Assembly (NCBI GenBank): GCA_965279375.1 | Contig: OZ257156.1 | Location: forward strand, 1,344,001 to 1,408,000 | Length of the DNA stretch: 64,000 nucleotides | Direction: 5' to 3' | Source of the DNA: Gemmatimonas sp. | Lineage (GTDB): Bacteria > Gemmatimonadota > Gemmatimonadetes > Gemmatimonadales > Gemmatimonadaceae | Shown here: positions 58,708 to 64,000 of the stretch, in pieces | Layout of the letters: the number at the start of each line of letters is the position of its first letter | How positions within the stretch are numbered: position 1 is the first letter of the stretch | Program-made: the position numbers and the translations under genes | Notes under the pieces: generated by a model | Databases searched by the model: none | Seen by the model: only the letters and a program-made list of their open reading frames with translations | Told to the model about the DNA's origin: nothing

Positions 58708-59634
58708 ATGATCCGACGCATCGCGCACGTGCTCCTCGTCCTGAGCGGACTGACCAGCGTGCCCTCGCTTCGCGCCCAACGCGCCCCAGACAGCGTGACG
58801 GTCCCGCTCATGGTGGAAGGGAATCGGCCGTATGTGCTCGTCACGATTCAACGGCCCGATGGCGCCACGCGAACGGCGCGCATGCTGCTGGATACCGGGG
58901 GCGGCGGGTTCTTGCTCACCGATCCCCTCGCGCGCGACCTCGGCCTGACGAGAGGTCCGACGACGCGCGAAGAAGGGCAAGACTTTGCGTCGGTCACCTC
59001 ACCCGTGATCGCACGCATTGGTACCGTGTCGCTCACGCTCAACCCGGAACGGATCTCGGTCGAGGTGGGCCGGGACAACGTCTTGCCGACCGCGGCTGCC
59101 GGGCACGCCGAGGGGATGATCCCCGGACATGTGCTCTCGCAGTACCACGTCGTCTTCGACTACCTCGCGCGCGCGTTCACAATCGCCGCACCGGGAGTTC
59201 TCACGCCGCGTGGCACGTCGCTGCCGATGCGGGTCGGTAACAAGTCGGGCTTCCCGCGCACCGAATGGCAGGTCGATGGCACGACGTACTCGATGCTGCT
59301 CGACAGCGGCGCGTCGTTCACGATGGTGTCGGAAGTGGTGCTCAAGGCACTGGGGCAGCGCCACCCTGAGTGGCCGCGTTACCCGGGGGCGTACGGCGAG
59401 GCGGCGACGCTGGGCGGACAAACGCTCGAAACGATGATCCTCCCGCAGGGCCAGTGGGGGCCGTTCGCCCTGGGCGAGGTCGGCATAACCTCGCAGCGTG
59501 AGGGCACGTTCGAACGCTTCATGAGCGGCATCATGCGAGGACCAGTCGTGGGCTCGTTGGCGGGGAACGTTCTCAAAGGGTTCCGCGTCGAGTTGGACTA
59601 CGCGCACGAGAAGCTGTATCTCTCGCGGCCATGA
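58708..59634 (+). CDS. Secreted two-domain retropepsin-like aspartyl protease
   Basis: LLDTGG and LLDSGA motifs; signal peptide. Confidence 0.85.
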   Translation: MIRRIAHVLLVLSGLTSVPSLRAQRAPDSVTVPLMVEGNRPYVLVTIQRPDGATRTARMLLDTGGGGFLLTDPLARDLGLTRGPTTREEGQDFASVTSPVIARIGTVSLTLNPERISVEVGRDNVLPTAAAGHAEGMIPGHVLSQYHVVFDYLARAFTIAAPGVLTPRGTSLPMRVGNKSGFPRTEWQVDGTTYSMLLDSGASFTMVSEVVLKALGQRHPEWPRYPGAYGEAATLGGQTLETMILPQGQWGPFALGEVGITSQREGTFERFMSGIMRGPVVGSLAGNVLKGFRVELDYAHEKLYLSRP

Positions 59635-60155
59635 GTGCCATCGACCCCGCGAATCCCTTGCCAACGTCTGCGGCATTGCACGCAGCCGACGACGTCATCC
59701 GACATAGCCTGGCGACGCTCGCCTACCGCGCGTCAAAAGCAGTTCACGGCTGCCCCGCGGACTTTGCGACGCTGCGTGTTGGGCCGAGCTCGCGGACACC
59801 GGGCGAGATCCTGGCGCACATGGGTGACCTGATGGAGTGGGCGCTCACGATGGCTCAGGCGCGGACTGTGTGGCGCGACCAGCCGCCGCAAGACTGGGAC
59901 GCGGATGTGGCGCGTCTGTTCGTTGGTATTCGTGGCCTCGATGAGTTTCTCGAACGCGCCGCGCCACTCGAGTTCGCGGTGTTGTTGCAGCTGCTCCAGG
60001 GTCCCATCGCCGACGCACTGACGCATACGGGGCAGCTGACCTATCTCCGCCGGCTCGCGCATGTCCCCGTGCGCGGGGAGAGCTACCAACGGGCGCTCAT
60101 CGCGGTCGGACAGACAGGGATTGAGCAGCCTGCACCACAGCGCGAGTTCGACTGA
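59631..60155 (+). CDS. DinB-like protein
   Basis: 'EILAHMGDL', 'ADALTHTGQL..LRR'. Confidence 0.75.
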   Translation: MSAIDPANPLPTSAALHAADDVIRHSLATLAYRASKAVHGCPADFATLRVGPSSRTPGEILAHMGDLMEWALTMAQARTVWRDQPPQDWDADVARLFVGIRGLDEFLERAAPLEFAVLLQLLQGPIADALTHTGQLTYLRRLAHVPVRGESYQRALIAVGQTGIEQPAPQREFD

Positions 60156-60180
60156 ACTACGCTGCCAATCCCGCTTGTCC

Positions 60181-60930
60181 ATGACGTCGAGCATCGTCGG
60201 TGGCCCATTCCTGACGCGCGTTGGCCTGCGCGCAGATCGTGTCCAATCTGACGTACATCCGTTCACGCTGCCCATTCTCTCGGGCGGGCTGTCGCTCGAG
60301 TTCACGACGCCTGTGACCTTCCTCGTTGGCGAGAATGGATCGGGCAAGTCGTCGATTCTCGAGGCGCTCGCGTGGAGTGTCGGGTTCGGCTCGCAGGGTG
60401 GCAATCGTGATCATCAGTTCGTGGAGTCGGCAGAGGGACATGCACTGGGTCGCGCGCTGGCGCTGTCGTGGCGACAGCGTTCGACCGATGGGTTCTTCCT
60501 ACGCGCCGAAACGTTTCACCAGTTCGCGTCGCAACTGGAGGAGAGCGGAAGCACGTTCGCGCGATACGGCGGACGTTCATTGAATGAGCGATCACATGGT
60601 GAGGCGTTCCTCGCCCTGTTCGAGCATCGCTTCGAAGATGGACTCTACCTGCTCGATGAGCCTGAAGCCGCGCTGTCGCCGCAGCGACAGCTCGCATTCC
60701 TCAGCATCATGCACGAGCTCGCCCATCGGAGAGTGGCGCAGTTCATCGTCGCGACGCATTCGCCGATGCTCCTCTGTCTGCCGGGTGCGCGCGTGCTGAG
60801 TTTCGACGAGGACCGGATCACCGAGGTGCGCTACGACGAAACCGAGCACTTCCAGCTCACGCGCCGATTCCTGAACGATCCCGAGCGCTATTTCCGGCAT
60901 CTGCTGGACGATACCGGCGATCGCGGATAG
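60181..60930 (+). CDS. AAA/ABC-type ATPase (COG3910-like)
   Basis: GENGSGKS, FFLRAE, SHGE, LLDEPEAALSP, IVATHS. Confidence 0.9.
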   Translation: MTSSIVGGPFLTRVGLRADRVQSDVHPFTLPILSGGLSLEFTTPVTFLVGENGSGKSSILEALAWSVGFGSQGGNRDHQFVESAEGHALGRALALSWRQRSTDGFFLRAETFHQFASQLEESGSTFARYGGRSLNERSHGEAFLALFEHRFEDGLYLLDEPEAALSPQRQLAFLSIMHELAHRRVAQFIVATHSPMLLCLPGARVLSFDEDRITEVRYDETEHFQLTRRFLNDPERYFRHLLDDTGDRG

Positions 60931-61006
60931 GCCGCCGCTCGGCGTGAGGAGAGATCGCCGACGCTTGTGCTCTTCCGCCGTGCCGCCGTCGCACCGACAT
61001 TCGAGC

Positions 61007-62431
61007 ATGCCTACCTTCCCATCTTCCGCGCCCGGGTTCGCCGTACGCGCGCGAGCTGTTCGCAGAGTGTTCTTGAGCGCGTCGGCCGCATTGCTGCTCA
61101 CAGCATCCGGCCCATCACCACTGCGCGCACAGTCGTCGGCCTGGCGCTCACTGTTCGACGGCAAGACGCTGGCAGGATGGACGCCCTGCAACGGCTCGGC
61201 GCCCTACACCGTCGAAGACGGCGCGATCGTCGGTCGAACGGTGGTCAAGTCGCCCAACAGCTTCCTTTGTTCGACGGAGCGGTTCGGCGACTTCATCCTC
61301 GAGTACGAGGTGTGGGTTGGTCCCGACTTCAACAGCGGCGTGCAGATCCGCAGCGCGGTGGATCCCGCGGTTCGCGGCGGACGCGTGCACGGCTATCAGG
61401 TGGAAGTGGATCCGTCGCCGCGCGCGTGGAGTGGCGGTTTGTACGATGAGTCCCGACGCGGGTGGCTGCACACACTCGATGGCAAGCCGGCATCGCAACG
61501 TGCGTTCAAGGTGAATGCGTGGAATCGATTCCGCGTGGAGGCGATCGGTCCGTCGATCCGCACGTGGGTGAATGGCGTTCCCGCCGCGAACGTGCTCGAC
61601 GACGAGAGTCCCAGCGGCATTCTCGCGCTGCAGGTACACGGCATCGGGAACGATGCGTCGAAGGCGGGACAGATGGTCCGCTTTCGCAACCTGCGCATTC
61701 GAACCACGGCGCTGGCTGCGGTGCGTACGCCCGATCGCGCCGAAGTACCGCAGTACAACTACGTCCCCAACACCGTCTCGCCGCTCGAGGCCAAGACGGG
61801 ATGGGCGCTCTTATGGGATGGCAAGACGAATGCGGGATGGCGCGGCGCAAAGCTCTCGACGTTCCCCACAACGGGCTGGGGCATGGCCAATGGTGAGTTG
61901 AGCGTTGCGGAGACGGAGGGAAAGGAGGCCGCGGCTGCCGGTGACATCGTCACGACGAAGCAGTACACCAACTTCGAGCTGATTGCGGAGTATCGCATCA
62001 CGCGTGGCGCGAACAGCGGCATCAAGTACTTCGTGGATACGGAGCTCAACAAGGGCGAGGGTTCGTCGATCGGATGCGAGTTTCAAGTGCTCGACGATGC
62101 CGTGCATCCCGACGCGAAGCTGGGCGTGAAAGGCAACCGTACCAACGGCGGACTCTACGACCTCATCCCGCCGCAGAACGTGCGCTTCAATGGCGTCGGC
62201 GAGTGGAATCGAGCGCGCATCGTCGTCCGTGGTGCGCACGTCGAGCATTGGCTCAACGGCTTCAAGACGGTGGAGTACGAGCGCGGCACACAGATGTGGC
62301 GCGCGCTGGTGGACAAGAGCAAGTACACGGTGTGGCCGAAGTTCGGCGAAGCGAAGTCGGGACACATTCTGCTGCAGGACCATGGCAACAGTGTCTCGTT
62401 CCGTTCGATCAAGCTGCGCGAACTCCCCTGA
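61007..62431 (+). CDS. Tandem DUF1080 (3-keto-disaccharide hydrolase-like) protein
   Basis: Two repeats of LFDG/LWDG..GW, NSG, WN, G.I.LQ.H..V.FR. Confidence 0.9.
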   Translation: MPTFPSSAPGFAVRARAVRRVFLSASAALLLTASGPSPLRAQSSAWRSLFDGKTLAGWTPCNGSAPYTVEDGAIVGRTVVKSPNSFLCSTERFGDFILEYEVWVGPDFNSGVQIRSAVDPAVRGGRVHGYQVEVDPSPRAWSGGLYDESRRGWLHTLDGKPASQRAFKVNAWNRFRVEAIGPSIRTWVNGVPAANVLDDESPSGILALQVHGIGNDASKAGQMVRFRNLRIRTTALAAVRTPDRAEVPQYNYVPNTVSPLEAKTGWALLWDGKTNAGWRGAKLSTFPTTGWGMANGELSVAETEGKEAAAAGDIVTTKQYTNFELIAEYRITRGANSGIKYFVDTELNKGEGSSIGCEFQVLDDAVHPDAKLGVKGNRTNGGLYDLIPPQNVRFNGVGEWNRARIVVRGAHVEHWLNGFKTVEYERGTQMWRALVDKSKYTVWPKFGEAKSGHILLQDHGNSVSFRSIKLRELP

Positions 62432-62455
62432 CGCACCGACGCCGGAGACCACTCG

Positions 62456-63865
62456 ATGTCCTCACGACGCGACTTCTTCAAACACTCGCTCGCTGGTTCG
62501 GCGGCGATCATGGCGCCGACCTTCATTCCGCGTACGTACCTGTTCGGCGACGCGCTGCCACCCAGTCGCGTCGTCAACGTGGCGCAGATCGGCTGCGGAC
62601 GGATGGGCATGGAGGACCTGCGCGGTACGATGGCGCACGATCTCTGTCGCATGGTCGCGGTCTGTGATCTGGATGAGAAGCGACTCGCGGCGGCACGCAC
62701 TGAGATGGAGCAGTTCTACACCGCCAAGGGCGAGCGCAACGTGAGTGTGATCGCCACGCGCGACTATCGCGAGTTGCTTGCGCGTCCGGATATCGACGCG
62801 GTGCTGGTGACGCCGCCCGATCACTGGCACGCCATCATCGCGGTGGAAGCGCTGCTCGCCGGCAAAGACGTGCACGTGCAGAAGCCGATCACGTACGACA
62901 TCGCCGAGTCGATTGCGCTGCGCACGGCGGTGCGTGCGAAGGGGCGTATTCTGCAAGTGGGCAGTCAGCAGCGCTCCTCGACGCCCTGGAACACGTTCCG
63001 CATCGCCAGCGAAGCCGTGCGCAACGGACGCATCGGCAAACTGCAGACTGTTCGCATTGGCATCGGGCAGGACCAGCCGCTGGGTAGGCCGGCACAGGTG
63101 CAGTCGATTCCCTCGACATTCGACTACGAGACGTGGCTTGGCCCCGCGCCTGAACAGGCCTACATGGAGGAGCGCGTGCATCCACAGTCCGGTTACGGTC
63201 GGCCGGGGTGGATCACCACCGAAGACTTTGGGCTTGGCATGATCACCAATTGGGGCGCGCATCACATGGACATCGCGCAGTGGGCGATGGGCATGGAGCT
63301 CGGCGGACCGAAGACGGTGGAAGGACACGCGACATTCATGCGCAACGACGCGTGGACCGTGCATCACACGTATCACGTGGAGATGCAGTACCCGAACGGC
63401 GTGCAGCTCATTCTCGATCAGTCGTACCCGAACGGCATTCGCTTTGAAGGGAGTGATGGCTGGGTGTTCTGCGCACGCGGTTCGGCGCAGGTGACGAGCA
63501 GCGACCCCAGCGCAAAGGCGTCTGCTGACGGGAAGGCTTCACTCGACGCGAGCCGGTATGCGTTGCTGACAGAGCCGTATGGCGCGCGCGATGTGCGCTG
63601 GATGCCGAGCGAGAATCACTATCGCAACTGGCTGGAGGCGATTGCGTCGCGCAAGGATCCGATTGCGCCGGTGGAGCAGGCTGTGAAAAGCCTGCAGGCG
63701 TGCGCCACCGGGTGGATTGCGATGAAGCTCGATCGCAAGCTGACGTGGGATGCCGCGCGCGAAACATTTGTCGGAGACGCCGAGGCGAACAAGTTGCGTG
63801 CGCGCGCGCCACGGTCGTCGCGCTATGACATTCAGCGTGTGATGCGCGAGGCGGGGTTGGCGTGA
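62456..63865 (+). CDS. Gfo/Idh/MocA oxidoreductase with Tat signal
   Basis: SRRDFFK, IGCGRMG, PPDHWH, QKP, QVGSQQRS, WLGPAP, WGAHHMD. Confidence 0.93.
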   Translation: MSSRRDFFKHSLAGSAAIMAPTFIPRTYLFGDALPPSRVVNVAQIGCGRMGMEDLRGTMAHDLCRMVAVCDLDEKRLAAARTEMEQFYTAKGERNVSVIATRDYRELLARPDIDAVLVTPPDHWHAIIAVEALLAGKDVHVQKPITYDIAESIALRTAVRAKGRILQVGSQQRSSTPWNTFRIASEAVRNGRIGKLQTVRIGIGQDQPLGRPAQVQSIPSTFDYETWLGPAPEQAYMEERVHPQSGYGRPGWITTEDFGLGMITNWGAHHMDIAQWAMGMELGGPKTVEGHATFMRNDAWTVHHTYHVEMQYPNGVQLILDQSYPNGIRFEGSDGWVFCARGSAQVTSSDPSAKASADGKASLDASRYALLTEPYGARDVRWMPSENHYRNWLEAIASRKDPIAPVEQAVKSLQACATGWIAMKLDRKLTWDAARETFVGDAEANKLRARAPRSSRYDIQRVMREAGLA

Positions 63866-64000
63866 AGTCTGTCGTGCGAGCGCTGTGTGCGGCAGTGGTG
63901 GTGTGCTCGCATGCAGCGCTGGTGCCGCTGGCGTCTGCGCAGACAGTCGCATCATCGAGGGGGCAAGCGGCGTCTCTGCTGATGCCGACTCCTGCCTCGG
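63862..64000 (+). CDS. Secreted protein, 3'-partial (possibly a glycoside hydrolase)
   Basis: GTGA overlap with the upstream stop; signal peptide then 'LLMPTPAS'. Confidence 0.45.
   Translation, partial: MKSVVRALCAAVVVCSHAALVPLASAQTVASSRGQAASLLMPTPAS

Noticed and set aside
1..64000. Integron integrase (intI), attI, rRNA or tRNA genes
   Set aside because: No tyrosine-recombinase motifs in any ORF and no RNA gene recognised by eye.

Overview
High-GC bacterial DNA, probably Gemmatimonadota-like (an inference from gene content only). About 1-52 kb is one long integron gene-cassette array with no integrase in the window. It holds about 32 near full-length attC recombination sites of roughly 105-120 bp and about 8 partial or degenerate ones, all on the + strand, each bounded by an R'' box (consensus RYYYAAC) and an R' box (consensus GTTRRRY). 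Each pair of sites encloses 1-4 genes. The two ends of many cassettes are complementary well beyond the 7-bp core. attC sites are intact on the left and decay towards the right, where the array merges into ordinary chromosomal operons. Cargo includes candidate defence genes (SRA-like-HNH nuclease, a DUF6615-like nuclease pair, a Ser/Thr kinase), a HigBA toxin-antitoxin pair, reverse-oriented self-promoting operons (blaI-blaR-like plus serine hydrolase, ccmC-ccmD, VOC-TetR), many hydrolases, a P450, an IS481-family element next to an attC, and two clear pseudogenes. The right end has a second blaI/M56-TonB operon with an apparently non-catalytic PIG-L protein and a DUF1080 + Gfo/Idh/MocA sugar-catabolism pair. 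All family calls come from motif recognition by eye, not database searches.
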